DNA from: Blastocatellia bacterium | GTDB lineage: Bacteria; Acidobacteriota; Blastocatellia; Pyrinomonadales; Pyrinomonadaceae | Assembly (NCBI GenBank): GCA_963834975.1 | Contig: CAWIDZ010000004.1 | Span: forward strand, 127,154 to 191,153 | DNA: 64,000 bases | Direction of reading: 5' to 3' | Notes under the pieces: model-generated | The model's input: only the letters and a program-made list of their open reading frames with translations | Databases searched by the model: none | What the model was told of the DNA's origin: nothing | In this document: positions 35,474-46,231 of the stretch, one piece after another | How the letters are laid out: every line of letters begins with the position of its first letter | Position numbering within the stretch: position 1 is the first letter of the stretch | Program-made: the position numbers and the translations under genes

Positions 35474-37312
35474 TTATCCACGCGCTTCTTTAGTCGGACG
35501 CGAATCTTGCGGCCGGACGTTGGTCAGGAAATTATATCCGGTAAGCTGCTCGATCCTCGCAATGTTAGTGCGGTATTGAGTCCAGGGCCTGGTGACGCTT
35601 TGGGTGTTCGGCATTAGCACCGTGATAACGCGGGTAAAACTATTGACGCGTTGAGCATCATTTGATCCGACCGGCAAAACGACGATCACTTTCCACGTCA
35701 TAGCGGGAACCGTAACGTGTCCGTTGGCGATCGTATTTATAACATTGCTGCTCATCGAACCTACCCCGCCCATGCCTATGCCGCCGTCATAGATGTAAAG
35801 CTCATAGCCGCTCTGCACCAGCGACCGGCAATAATCCTCGAGATCGGCCCAAACAAGCTGGTTGTTATTTGGCGCCTGCGGCATCATGTTGGTCATTAAG
35901 AACGTCGCCGAATTGCTAGGCACCGTATCCGTCCGGTCGCCCGAAGGGCAATGATGGCCCCGGTCAAAGCCATATGTAGCGAAGTCATAGTCTGACGCCT
36001 GGACCTGATACCACCCCGCGGGAAGCGACGTATCGGGCCTGAAATCGTCCTGCCTGCTCGTCGTGCCGAGCCATGACGTATCCAGATGCCATGCGACCCA
36101 GTTAGGAATGCCCCGGTCGCGGTGATAGGACATTACATACTGGCTTTTTGCCAAAAGGTAATTCGTCGGGCTATTGACGTTCGTTACTGCTCCGGACGGA
36201 TTGCCCAATACCAAATGCTCTGCCGCGCTGTGCGGTGTGGTTACGGTTACCGTGAGGCTTATCGATGTTGTTGCTGTCCGTAATTCGGCGTCGGCAATAT
36301 TTACCGGTAAAGAAAAATTGCCTTCGACTGAATTTCCCGGAACGGCTTCCGAATACGAAAATACATTGTCGCCCGCCGTCACATCGCCGTGAGTTCCGTC
36401 GTCGAAAAACGATTGAGTCGCAGAACCGCCGACTTGTGTAAGATCAGTGCGAACTGTAATGCCTGTGCTCGGCGGCGAAGCGGCGGGCACGACCGTTACC
36501 GTAAGCAATGTTGTTCCGCCCGGAGCAACCGAATTTGGACTTGCGTTGCCAAAGCCCTGAAGTTCGCCGCTGCCGCCGCCGCACGGAGCAAACTGGCTTG
36601 CAGTGTTGCGTGGTGGCGGTATCGGTGCCACTGGAGGATTTGTGTATACGTCGAAGTCCGCGTTGTTATTATCAGTATCCGTGCAGCCGCCGGATTTCCT
36701 TGCGGCACCCTGGACAGAAGTGATCGCGACCCCATTATTAACAGGTGGATTACCTCCTTCGCCGTTGCCGGCCGTTCCGTTGCCAGCTGCTCCGTAAGCG
36801 ACCCAATCTACAAACGCCGCCAGTTGAGTGGCATTACATGGCGTCGCCGACGCTCCACAAATGTTAGCGCCCAATGCCGCGGTGTTCACGAGGCCGATCT
36901 TGCCGCTCGAGCCCGACATATTGATGTTTGTGGTCGAAGCATCAGGCGATACGGGCAAAGGCGTACTTCCAGGTGCGGCGCTGCCCAATTGGACGAGGTA
37001 ATATTGTCCCGGCGCCACTGATGTGTTCGGCAGAGCAAAAGCACCAGCACCGAAATTGCCGGTGGCCGAACCATAATACAGGGAAAGGCCGTTGAGCGAT
37101 TGCGCGGCAGCAGAAACATTCTTGATCTCAACCCAGTCGTTCGAGTAATAGCCGTTGCCGCCCGAAACCTGGCTAAGGACCAGGGAAGTAGATACGACCG
37201 GTGCGTTATCGTTTGCTAATCCCTCAGATCGTGCCGATGCGGAGATCCCGGACCAAAACCAGACAGATGCCAAGAGCGTCAGAATAGAGAGGCTCAGGTA
37301 AAACTTCTTCAT
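35474..37312 (-). CDS. Secreted DNA/RNA non-specific endonuclease (beta-beta-alpha-Me, NucA/EndoG-like) with an N-terminal lamin-tail-like domain
   Basis: Signal peptide. The LTD-like segment is SQVSGGNGYYSNDWVEIKNVSAAAQSLNGLSLYY. The catalytic FDRGHHCPSGDR ... NMMPQAPNNN carries the DRGH motif. Confidence 0.8.
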   Translation of the reverse strand: MKKFYLSLSILTLLASVWFWSGISASARSEGLANDNAPVVSTSLVLSQVSGGNGYYSNDWVEIKNVSAAAQSLNGLSLYYGSATGNFGAGAFALPNTSVAPGQYYLVQLGSAAPGSTPLPVSPDASTTNINMSGSSGKIGLVNTAALGANICGASATPCNATQLAAFVDWVAYGAAGNGTAGNGEGGNPPVNNGVAITSVQGAARKSGGCTDTDNNNADFDVYTNPPVAPIPPPRNTASQFAPCGGGSGELQGFGNASPNSVAPGGTTLLTVTVVPAASPPSTGITVRTDLTQVGGSATQSFFDDGTHGDVTAGDNVFSYSEAVPGNSVEGNFSLPVNIADAELRTATTSISLTVTVTTPHSAAEHLVLGNPSGAVTNVNSPTNYLLAKSQYVMSYHRDRGIPNWVAWHLDTSWLGTTSRQDDFRPDTSLPAGWYQVQASDYDFATYGFDRGHHCPSGDRTDTVPSNSATFLMTNMMPQAPNNNQLVWADLEDYCRSLVQSGYELYIYDGGIGMGGVGSMSSNVINTIANGHVTVPAMTWKVIVVLPVGSNDAQRVNSFTRVITVLMPNTQSVTRPWTQYRTNIARIEQLTGYNFLTNVRPQDSRPTKEARG

Positions 37313-37449
37313 TAAAAATTCCTTTATAGCGAAAAAACAAGAATCGGATACTAAAGCGCAAACAATCTTTGTAACATAAGTTCGCGCGGAAATGAATTCA
37401 AAAGTTCAGTCAGTTAACCGCAGGTCAAAGTGGACGCCCCCCTTCGCAT

Positions 37450-38052
37450 TCACCTCTTTATATCAAACGCCCTTAAATGACTGCCGTCGGCCGAATAAAG
37501 CAAAGCAGCTGCTTCGTCGGTTACAAAATATCTGTCCGGATTCGAAATGAGAACATACCTGGCGTCCTCGCCCGTATGGACGTTCACTCCCACCAGGCCT
37601 TTCGTATTAAAGGGTTTCGGCAGATCGGTATAGAAATACATATGGTTTGACCTTAGTTCGGCTAGGCGCTTTCGTCTTAAGAGATAATTTGACAACTTTT
37701 CCATCTGCCTTACCGGATCAACTCTATCAAAGATGCTTTCCTGCACTTCGCTCCGGCTGGGTGTCGCCTGGTCAACGGCTCGCCCGATAACTTTCCCCCG
37801 CAGATCGGTGGCATTGGGTATCCCTATATCAAGGCCGCCAAAACGATCTAATAGGCCCGACGAGCGCCCAACCGAACCGTATACATAAATTCGCCTGGAA
37901 AAATAGTCTTTTGCCGAGTTGCTTGCAAGAGTTGAAAGGTCAAATGAATCGAATCTCGTCCTTAACCCCGACCATCGAAACGAATTAACCGCGGCGGCAG
38001 CGCTTAGTCCGGTCCAGCGCCAGATTGATAGCAGAGGTGGCCAGACCGCCAT
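37450..38052 (-). CDS. Hypothetical ORF, possibly the frameshifted C-terminal continuation of the upstream beta-propeller gene
   Basis: The 200-aa ORF overlaps the end of 37985-39343 by 68 nt in another frame. There is no Shine-Dalgarno before its ATG. Confidence 0.4.
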   Translation of the reverse strand: MAVWPPLLSIWRWTGLSAAAAVNSFRWSGLRTRFDSFDLSTLASNSAKDYFSRRIYVYGSVGRSSGLLDRFGGLDIGIPNATDLRGKVIGRAVDQATPSRSEVQESIFDRVDPVRQMEKLSNYLLRRKRLAELRSNHMYFYTDLPKPFNTKGLVGVNVHTGEDARYVLISNPDRYFVTDEAAALLYSADGSHLRAFDIKR

Positions 38053-39343
38053 ATCGGAAATATATTGCGGCGGCCCGCAATGCTATTCCCGCCACTACAC
38101 GAAAAACACCTCTTCCAGGCGGCCCGTGTTTGACGCGCCATAGTGCCGGTGCTTTAGGGTCGCCGATCTCAAACGCCGCAATTTCGTCCCGGCCTCCTAC
38201 AACGGCTTTCAGACTCTCATTGATCAAAACAAATTGCGCCTTTTCGACCTTATGATCGCGTTTCGAGATGCGTTTACCGGTTAGGGCATCAAGGGCAATA
38301 AGGTCGTCACTATCAGCGATCAGGATGGTGTTCACGTCGGAGAAGGCAAAATTCGTTAATCCTTTATCGGCACCCTTATATCGCCAAACGGTCTTGCCTG
38401 TGGCAGTATCGATGGCCGATACGCCAAAGGGCCCTTTCTCTTTCAATTCTCCATCCTTGAGCCGCGTAAACTGACCGCCGGTGCGAACATAAAGCCGATT
38501 GCCAACCACGGCCATTTCAGCACAGATCCCGAGGTCATTCGCTTTCCAGTCTTCTTTACCAGTTCGGCGGTCGATCGCGCGGACCTTGCCCCGTCCCGAT
38601 ACGTAAAGATGAGCGTCGTCAAAAACAGGGTCGGCCTCGGTTAGAGCAAGGCCATCTTCGTTGATCTTAAATTTCTCGCGCTCTTTTTCCTTTCCGCTGC
38701 GGGCTTCGTATGAGGTTGAACCCTCGTAAAAAAGAAAGAGCCGGCCATCGAGAAGCAGCGGCGGCCTGTAATTATCTAGAGTGAAATCTATTTCGCCGAG
38801 GCCTTCGCCGAATCGCGAAGGCATCATCTCAATATTGCTGTCCAGATCACGTTTCCACAGTTCGTCTCCCGTCGAAAGCTTTAAGACATGGACGACAGGT
38901 TTTCGTTTTAGATCATCTCCCGCTTTGCCTCTCGGATCTTTAACGAGAACGATCGCCATCAGATCGTTTGCCGGATCAACGGCCAACTGCATTACATCGC
39001 CTTTTACCTTGTCGCTTTGCCAGATCCTCGATCCGGTCAACAGGTCGATCGCTTCGAGACGGGATTTGCTGCCGAGGTCACGGGTGAACAAGATCAGGTC
39101 GGTGTTCGGGACAGGCGTGACGGCGGTTTCGTCGATCTTACCCGTCGAACGCCGCCAGATCCGCTCGCCGGTAGTACCGTCTATTGCATAAAGGCTCTTT
39201 TCGGTGCCGGCTAAAAGAATGCCGAAATCCGTAGTCTGATAAAAGCGAATTTTCGCGTCGAGATCGGATTGCCAGTTGGTTTGGGCGTGGAAAGTGGCCG
39301 ATAATATAAACAGGACGCACAACAGTACTGCAAGTGCCTTCAT
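37985..39343 (-). CDS. PQQ-like (BamB-like) beta-propeller repeat protein
   Basis: Signal peptide and repeated motifs: LYAIDGTTGERIWR, LEAIDLLTGSRIWQ, VRAIDRRTGKEDWK, VSAIDTATGKTVWRY, LIALDALTGK. Confidence 0.75.
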   Translation of the reverse strand: MKALAVLLCVLFILSATFHAQTNWQSDLDAKIRFYQTTDFGILLAGTEKSLYAIDGTTGERIWRRSTGKIDETAVTPVPNTDLILFTRDLGSKSRLEAIDLLTGSRIWQSDKVKGDVMQLAVDPANDLMAIVLVKDPRGKAGDDLKRKPVVHVLKLSTGDELWKRDLDSNIEMMPSRFGEGLGEIDFTLDNYRPPLLLDGRLFLFYEGSTSYEARSGKEKEREKFKINEDGLALTEADPVFDDAHLYVSGRGKVRAIDRRTGKEDWKANDLGICAEMAVVGNRLYVRTGGQFTRLKDGELKEKGPFGVSAIDTATGKTVWRYKGADKGLTNFAFSDVNTILIADSDDLIALDALTGKRISKRDHKVEKAQFVLINESLKAVVGGRDEIAAFEIGDPKAPALWRVKHGPPGRGVFRVVAGIALRAAAIYFRYGGLATSAINLALDRTKRCRRG

Positions 39344-39381
39344 ACCGTTATATTATCTCTAATAACGCAGCAATGGAAGAT

Positions 39382-40534
39382 TTACTGAATGCGGTAAGCC
39401 TTTGACTTCCAAACCACCACGACGGTTCCACCCAACGTATTGGCGATGTTTCGAAGCCCGCTGTCGAGTTTATTATACTCAGGTGTACTTCGGCGGACAT
39501 TTGTGGTCGCCTGGCCATGATACGCCGAGTCATACCAGACGCCGTCCCGGTTATTAAAAGATTTGCGGCCCACGCGAACGGGAAACCGACATATCATATG
39601 CCCGGTTATTCACCTGATTTGACTGATTTTGCAGCGGGCCGGAGCGTACCGGTCCTGATTTGGACGCCGGCGGCGGCAGATCGCGACGGTAACCTTCACG
39701 ATCTTCGGCTACTTTGCGTTTCGCGGGTTCCATATCTTTGTCGCGTCCCGGGGCCATTGCAGAGTCAAGTTTTTTCTCATCCTGTTCTGCCATGACACCA
39801 TCAATGACTGGTGGGGGCGGGGCAACAGGGGCCGGTTTTGCGAGGCCGCTCGACGCTCCACCGGTCGTCGCGTCGCTCGAAGCAGCCCGATCATCCAAGA
39901 CCTCGGTCTTGGCCTCTCCGGTATTCATCCGTCCCCCGGTGGCAGGGGCCGATTCTGAGACCATGCCCGATTTTGAAGCGTCAGAGTTTGCCTTGGTGTT
40001 TGACGCAGGAGAAAGCAAGCTTGGCGAACTCGCCGGTTGTGCAATATTAGCCACTGCTCCTTCCGTCTCATTATTAAAATAAGGGCCGCCATGAGATGCC
40101 TCTGGTTCATTTACCTGAGAAATCTGGGCACTTCTGATATCGCCCTTATTTTGCAACACCAGATAGCCCAAAACTCCTGAAAAGACAAGCACCAAACCAC
40201 CCATCGCAAACGCCAGATTCGACGTTTTGAACAATTTTTGATACCAGGGTGCGACGGCTTCGGCAACCGGCGTCGAAACGACCGAAGAAGCGGCCGTCGC
40301 ATCCGCTTCTGAATTTAACAGGATAGATTGCGAGAGCATTTTTCGGCATCGGTCGCAATCAGCGAAGTGCTCGAGGAGCGGGCGTTTTGCCTTATCAGGC
40401 AGAGCGTTTTCGGCAAATGCTGCGATCGTGTCAGCATCCAGGTGCGGTGCGGCCGCTGTCGCGTTCCGCACATTCCCCGAGCCACCCGCCTTTCGCAGGA
40501 TCGCATTTATCTCTTTGTCGAATTCCAGTTCCAT
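39382..40534 (-). pseudogene. Zinc-binding anti-sigma factor (ZAS motif, one transmembrane segment) with an apparent frameshift near 39575
   Basis: The H-x3-C-x2-C motif is HFADCDRC, and the transmembrane segment is LAFAMGGLVLVFSGVLGYLVL. The C-terminal conserved block RVGRKSFNNRDGVWYDSAY...VVVVWKSKAYRI is in another frame (ORF 39382-39597). Confidence 0.7.
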
Positions 40535-40672
40535 CTAAATCTTTATGCCGCAGAGGCCACAAGGTTTATAGCGACAAATAACGCTATGTTAATGGTCATG
40601 ATATCCATCTGATAGACGACATCTGCCCTATTCGAAACCCCGATACCTCTGCGGCAAGGTTTCGTAACCCAA

Positions 40673-41635
40673 CTAGAGAACGCCACTCATCGCCAAATCT
40701 TGCACAAGCAATATCACAATTAATGCGGCGAACATAGTTTCAAAACTGATGCCTAGCCCGGTCGCCGTGTCGCTCAAATGGCGTTTGACCTCGTTGTCGG
40801 TCCAGCCGTGCCGTTCACGAAGGGCTTTTTCGACACATTTACGGATCTCGGTCTGCACCCTCACCAGCTTACGGCTGGCCGTCGCCTCGTGATAGCCAAA
40901 AGTCGCGGCAATGTCCTTCAGCTTTAGGTCGTCGAAATAATATAGCTTTAAGATCAGCCGGTCCTCGGCGTCAAGCTCTTCGATCGATCGCTGAAGAGCC
41001 TCGGTCACATCGTCTGCGGTGCGTTTTTCGGTAAGCAGCATCTCAGGGTCGTCGTGATGCGAGACAATACCGCCCTGCGAATTCTCCGACGCAGCGTTAG
41101 CGAGATTTTCAAACTCGCGGTCCTCTTCGATCTGAACGAACTTTGACTGCTTTCGATATTGATCGACGGCCAATTGCGAAACTACGGCCCGAAGCCAACC
41201 GCCAAGCGAACCCCGGCCAGAGTAATACGCCAGCTTACTTTTTTTGTTGCCGTCGGCATCCTGGCGAAGGCCATAAAGCTCAGCCCATATCGAGCTTGCA
41301 AGGTCCTCGGCATCCTCATTGTTAGACGAGATCTTGCGGGCGGCTGACTTTACGGTCGAATCGAAGTTCGCGACCAGGTCCTCCCATGCTCGTTCGTCGC
41401 CGCGTTCGCATGCGATTATGAGGCACAGGTCGTCCGCCCTGATCTCATCGATAAATTCCTTGATCTCAGTATTTGCGGCACCGGGGTCGTCGCGAAGCAG
41501 GTATTTATCAATCGCCGCGGAAACCCGCGAAGAAATGTCCGAACCGGCCAGCCCACGCGGGTTCTCGGCGCGCGAGATCAAGTGCTCTATCGCTTCTTCG
41601 ACCGTGTGTTTATGCTTTTCGGCGATCGGGCTCAT
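40673..41635 (-). CDS. Sigma-70 family (ECF-like) sigma factor with N-terminal extension and hydrophobic C-terminal tail
   Basis: Region 2 reads ERAWEDLVANFDSTVKSAARKI...AEDLASSIWAELY. Region 4 reads DRLILKLYYFDDLKLKDIAATFGYHEATASRKLVRVQTEIRK. About 45 aa follow, ending ISFETMFAALIVILLVQDLAMSGVL. Confidence 0.8.
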   Translation of the reverse strand: MSPIAEKHKHTVEEAIEHLISRAENPRGLAGSDISSRVSAAIDKYLLRDDPGAANTEIKEFIDEIRADDLCLIIACERGDERAWEDLVANFDSTVKSAARKISSNNEDAEDLASSIWAELYGLRQDADGNKKSKLAYYSGRGSLGGWLRAVVSQLAVDQYRKQSKFVQIEEDREFENLANAASENSQGGIVSHHDDPEMLLTEKRTADDVTEALQRSIEELDAEDRLILKLYYFDDLKLKDIAATFGYHEATASRKLVRVQTEIRKCVEKALRERHGWTDNEVKRHLSDTATGLGISFETMFAALIVILLVQDLAMSGVL

Positions 41636-41728
41636 TCAAAGGATGCAACGATTTTAACATCGTTTTGATGAAAGCCTGAGCGATAAGCGTTGTTGGCAAT
41701 TCCGAAACTAAATTCGGGGTCCACCACC

Positions 41729-42730
41729 TCACTTCAAATGTTTCCGCAAAAACGACACGATCTTATACCCGTCATAATAAACCCAGGGTTTTTCACCTAA
41801 GGTGTAGTGCCCACAGGGGAGAGTTACCTCGCTGTGTTTTATCTTGTGTTTGCGAAGGGCTTTCATCGTGTCGCGTGAGAGATCGACCGGGAAGCTTAGG
41901 TCGTAAAGTGTGTAAATGTAACGCTGCGGCCGGGGCGGGAAGTTTGGCGAGACGCTCCATATACGCCATTGGCGAAATCGGAAGCCAATATTCGCGGAGT
42001 TCGTCAAGGGTCAGGTTGCCGCCGATGCTTTCCTTTACGTGATAGGTCGAAAGGCCGTGCCAGACGACGTCGGCCGGATAACCGGAAACGTGATTAAACA
42101 CCGCGGTGTCGATCTGCAGATCATGCGTAAAAGCAAAAAACCCGACGCACGAACCGATACTCGTGCCGACGATGCCGATCTTTTCGTAGCCTTGCTGTTT
42201 TAACCAGCGAACAGCCGAGCGCGTGTCGACAACAGCCTGCCGCAGGCTTTGCAGCGTCCGGCCGACATTGGGGGCAACCAGGTAATCTGCCCTGTTAAGC
42301 TCAGGCGGCATACGCTGCTCGTGATACGGCAGCGTCATGCGTAATGCCGACAACCCTACACGGTTAAATACTTTGCACAGATCGAAGTAGGTGCCAGCCT
42401 TGGCGTTCCAATGTGGTAACACCAGAACAGCGGCCTTTTTGTTCGTCTCGTGCGGGAAATATTTGGCGTAAACGGTATTGTTTTCTGACGAAGTGCGTTT
42501 CAATGCCGCTGGTCCAAGTCAGATCGTCGCCATCCAAGATCGAAGTCCGAGGTTTGCGGCGAAAAGAAAAACTCCTCACTGTTTGCCAGGGTTTCCCTGG
42601 AATATTCACGAAACAGCTTGCCCGGATCGTCTCCATTGGGGTGATCGGTTATATACTCAGTGCCCCAATCGAACGGGTGGACGACGCGATCGTCGTCACG
42701 CATCGCGAAATGCCTTTCCCGGTTGTGCAT
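41729..42730 (-). pseudogene. Alpha/beta hydrolase-fold protein, at least 3 frameshifts
   Basis: The pieces are MHNRERHF...FFFSPQTSDFDL (42500-42730), DGDDLTWTSGIETH (frame of 42364-42636), SENNTVYAKYFPHE...GIVGTSIGSCVG (nucleophile elbow G-x-S-x-G, 41793-42503) and PRPQRYIYTLYDLSFPVD...LPCGHYTLGEKP (41729-42007). Confidence 0.75.
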
Positions 42731-42752
42731 GTAGCGTTTGAGCACGATTAAT

Positions 42753-43895
42753 CTATGCGGCGGCGGACTTGGCCTTTTGAACGATCTTTTCGTAAAAAGC
42801 GATGTATTGAGGAATGATCTTTGAGGTCGAGTATCGCTGTACGGCAAGCTCACGGCCCTTTTCTCCGAATGAGCGTCGGAGGTCCTCGTCAGCCAGCAGC
42901 GTAAGTGTGTCTTTCGTCATCTTGTCGACATCGCCGACATCGCTGAGAAAACCGGATTCACCGTCGTTGATCACCTCAGGGATGCCGCCTATCCGGGTCG
43001 CGATCACCGGGACCTCGCAAGCCTGGGCCTCTAACGCTGCAAGGCCGAACGATTCTAATTCCGACGGCAGCAGAAAGATATCGGCCACGCCCAGGTAATC
43101 AGAAATATTAGCCTGCTTTCCAACAAAGATCGCGTTGCCATTGACGCCGAGCTGCTCGGCACGATACCTAACTGCAGAAAGTTCCGGCCCGTCGCCGACC
43201 ATTACAAGCAGCGCGTTTTCACCCGCAGCGCGAACCTTTGCAAGTATCTCAACACAATCGGCCGGGCGTTTGACGGCTCGAAAATTTGAGACGTGAACGA
43301 GCAGCCGTTCACCATTTGGGGCAAGTTCCGTCCGCAGCGGAGAATCAACGAGGCGTTTGTAATGATTCTGGCAGATAAAATTAGGTATCACCTCGATCTC
43401 GTCAAAATCGAATGTCTCGATGGTTGCCTGTTTCAGGAATTTCGAAACCGCCGTCACTCCGTCCGATTGCTGCAGGCCGTATCGGGTGATCGGCAAATAA
43501 CTGCGGTCAGCACCGACCAGCGTAATATCGGTTCCGTGAAGCGTCGTGATAACAGGCACATAACGCTTTTGTTTTATCGATTCCCGCGCCAGGATCGCAC
43601 TGATCGAATGAGGGATAGCGTAATGAACATGAAGCAGGTCGAGCTTTTCGGCTCTTGCGACGGTTGCCATTTTTGTCGCCAGAGCGAGGTCGTACGGCTG
43701 ATGTTCAAACAGCGGATACGACATCATCTCGACCTCGTGAAAATGGATCCGCTCACCAAGCTCTGTAACCCTGGTCGGCAAAAACGAAGAAATAAAATGG
43801 ACATTATGCCCGCGTTCCGCAAGGTCCCGTCCAAGTTCGGAGCCGACGATCCCGCTGCCGCCGTATGTTGGATAAACCGTAATTCCGATATTCAT
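42753..43895 (-). CDS. bshA: N-acetyl-alpha-D-glucosaminyl L-malate synthase (bacillithiol biosynthesis glycosyltransferase)
   Basis: MNIGITVYPTYGGSGIVGSELGRDLAERGHNVHFISS, HFHEVE, HVHYAIPHS, TTLHGTDITLVG, VSNFRAVKR and ESFGLAALEAQACEVPVIATRIGGIPEV closely parallel Bacillus BshA from memory. Confidence 0.85.
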   Translation of the reverse strand: MNIGITVYPTYGGSGIVGSELGRDLAERGHNVHFISSFLPTRVTELGERIHFHEVEMMSYPLFEHQPYDLALATKMATVARAEKLDLLHVHYAIPHSISAILARESIKQKRYVPVITTLHGTDITLVGADRSYLPITRYGLQQSDGVTAVSKFLKQATIETFDFDEIEVIPNFICQNHYKRLVDSPLRTELAPNGERLLVHVSNFRAVKRPADCVEILAKVRAAGENALLVMVGDGPELSAVRYRAEQLGVNGNAIFVGKQANISDYLGVADIFLLPSELESFGLAALEAQACEVPVIATRIGGIPEVINDGESGFLSDVGDVDKMTKDTLTLLADEDLRRSFGEKGRELAVQRYSTSKIIPQYIAFYEKIVQKAKSAAA

Positions 43896-44071
43896 AATTC
43901 CATTAAAGCCAAACGAATATCGTATCACGCGCTTTGCATCAAAACGAGGTTAGCTGAGGCCGCGCAAGAGTACGCCGGCAAACAACAAGACTAGAGAGAA
44001 GCACGTTTTTGAAGATTCAACTGATGGATGGCGTATTTGCCGGAACGTCGGATATTGGATCGGTTTTCGGT

Positions 44072-45269
44072 TCAGGTGAGCTCTATCGGCGTTGCCGCGC
44101 CTTTAGGCCGTACAAGATAAACGATCCCTGAGTAGTCATCTGTAAACAGAAACGAGCCCGCGTCGAGCTTCATAATGTCGCACGGCCGGCCGATGACCTT
44201 TCCGCCCTTCAGAAAGCCGCTGATCAGGTCCTGCACCTTTTCGCCCTTTCGCATAATGACTATTTTGTAACCGTGGCCGACGGCCTTGTTCGTTGACCCG
44301 TGCAGCGAAACCAGGAACGCGTTTTTTATCGCATCGGGCGAATCGGCTTCGTCCCAGTAATCAAAGCCGAGTGCCGACGCGTGTGCCGGAAAATAGGCGT
44401 ACGGTGCCGGTACATTTTTGCAGCCGGCGGGCCGTTTGAATTTCGGATCAGAAATGATCCTGCCCGAGGCCGAGTAACAATACGGCCAACCGTAATCAGT
44501 GCCGTCCTTTAATGCGTAAAAGGTCTCGTCCGGCTTTTGCAGCCCAAGATGGTCAGAGCCCTGGCCCGATGCCCAGAGAAAATTGCCTACCCATTTCAAC
44601 CCGACGGCATTGCGAAGGCCGCGGGCAAATTGGTGTTGGCCAGATCCGTCAGGGTTCATCTCGATCACGCTTGCACGGACGGATTCTTTTTCGACGCAGG
44701 CATTGCAGCTCGACCCTACAGAGATGTAAAGCTTGCCGTTCGGCCCAAAGGCGATCGTTCGTGTCAGGTGCCAGCCCCCGTATTTATAACTCAAGCCGTA
44801 GTCCGGAAACGTGGCAAGCGTTTGCGGATGATCATCAGTAGGTTTTGTCTCGCCTGCCGTAAATTTGCGCCGAGTTAGTTTGTCAGTCTCAGCCAGATAG
44901 AACCAGTCCTGACCGTTTTCGTCACGATAAAACTGCACACTGTTAGGGTTTCGCAGACCGGTCATATAGGGAATAACCTTGCTGAATTTCCCTGCCTTCG
45001 GGTCCCAACCGTCGAGGATATATACCGCGCCTTTCTTGTTGTCGGTCAGGTTATACATATCGGTGACAAAGATGCGGCCGTCCGGCGCCTTGGCAAAAAA
45101 GCGAACACGTTTCAGACCCTCGGCGGCCGGGATGATCTCAAACTCCGATGGCAGATTCGAGGTTTATCGACTTTCCGGTCTTAAGCGTGATCTTGTGCGG
45201 TACAAGTTTCGGCTGCGAGAATATGCTCAACACAGGTACAACAATTAAGAAAAGCGTTAGTAATTTCAT
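44072..45269 (-). pseudogene. PQQ-dependent sugar (sorbosone/glucose) dehydrogenase-like beta-propeller, apparent frameshift near 45168
   Basis: The signal peptide piece MKLLTLFLIVVPVLSIF...TGKSINL (frame of 45138-45365) continues in the frame of 44072-45058 as NLPSEFEIIPAAEGLKRVRFFAKAPDGRIFVTDMYNL...YGWPYCY. Confidence 0.7.
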
Positions 45270-45308
45270 TTGATTCGTGATATTCGTGTAACTCGCAGGC
45301 AAACCATT

Positions 45309-46178
45309 ATGAAGATAGATAAATTCCGCATAGCTGAGGGTTCGATGGTAAACCTTAAAGACCATGCGACCGACTTTACCGACGGCTTTAATGACAAAAA
45401 AGAGGCGGTAAAGGACCTCGCAGAAAACATTGAACGCCTTACCGAGTTGCAGGACACACTATATGCAGAGAATGTTCACTCACTTCTGCTCATTTTTCAA
45501 GCGATGGACGCTGCCGGCAAAGACGGTACCATTAAGCATGTAATGAGCGGGATCAATCCGCAAGGCTGCCAGGTCACTTCGTTCAAGGCCCCATCGTCAG
45601 AAGAATTAGAACACGATTATCTGTGGCGCTCGCAAAAGGCGCTTCCCGAACGCGGACGGATCGGCATCTTTAACCGCTCGCACTACGAAGAGGTCCTCGT
45701 CGTCCGTGTGCACCCGGGAATATTGCAGGGCCAGCTGTTGCCCGATGCGATAAAAAATGACAAGAACATCTGGAAAAAGCGATTTCAGCATATTCGCGAT
45801 TGGGAAGATCATCTGGCAGAGAATGGCACCCACGTGCTGAAATTTTTCCTGAATGTGTCGCGTGATGAACAGAAAAAACGCTTTCTTGAGCGGATCAATT
45901 TGCCGGACAAGAACTGGAAATTTTCTGCCAGCGATGCAAAGGAACGAGGCTTTTGGGACGAATATATGAAAGCCTATAAAGAGGCGATCGAGGCAACATC
46001 CACCGACCTTTCGCCGTGGTATATAATCCCGGCGGACAAGAAATGGTTTACCCGCCTCGCCGTTTCCGAGATCATTGTCAATAAACTGGAATCGCTCAAT
46101 ATGAAATATCCGGTCGTCACCGAAGCTCACAAAGCCGACCTGTTAGAAGCGAAAAAACTGTTAGAGAGCGAAGCTTGA
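45309..46178 (+). CDS. ppk2: Polyphosphate kinase 2 family protein
   Basis: LLIFQAMDAAGKDGTIKHVMSGINPQGCQVTSFKAPSSEELEHDYLWR (Walker A-like and PPK2 signature) and IFNRSHYEEV. Confidence 0.9.
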   Translation: MKIDKFRIAEGSMVNLKDHATDFTDGFNDKKEAVKDLAENIERLTELQDTLYAENVHSLLLIFQAMDAAGKDGTIKHVMSGINPQGCQVTSFKAPSSEELEHDYLWRSQKALPERGRIGIFNRSHYEEVLVVRVHPGILQGQLLPDAIKNDKNIWKKRFQHIRDWEDHLAENGTHVLKFFLNVSRDEQKKRFLERINLPDKNWKFSASDAKERGFWDEYMKAYKEAIEATSTDLSPWYIIPADKKWFTRLAVSEIIVNKLESLNMKYPVVTEAHKADLLEAKKLLESEA

Positions 46179-46231
46179 AACTACAAAGTTCCTTAATTCG
46201 TTAACTCGCTCCATAGGAGTCAATTTTCAAA

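Noticed and set aside
36389-37021. 210-aa Arg/Cys-rich ORF antisense to the NucA-like nuclease (plus several smaller ones nearby)
   Set aside because: It is a shadow ORF inside a gene with a clear signal peptide, LTD and DRGH motif.
43293-43994. 233-aa ORF antisense to bshA
   Set aside because: The minus-strand frame matches BshA along its whole length. The plus-strand ORF is compositionally odd.
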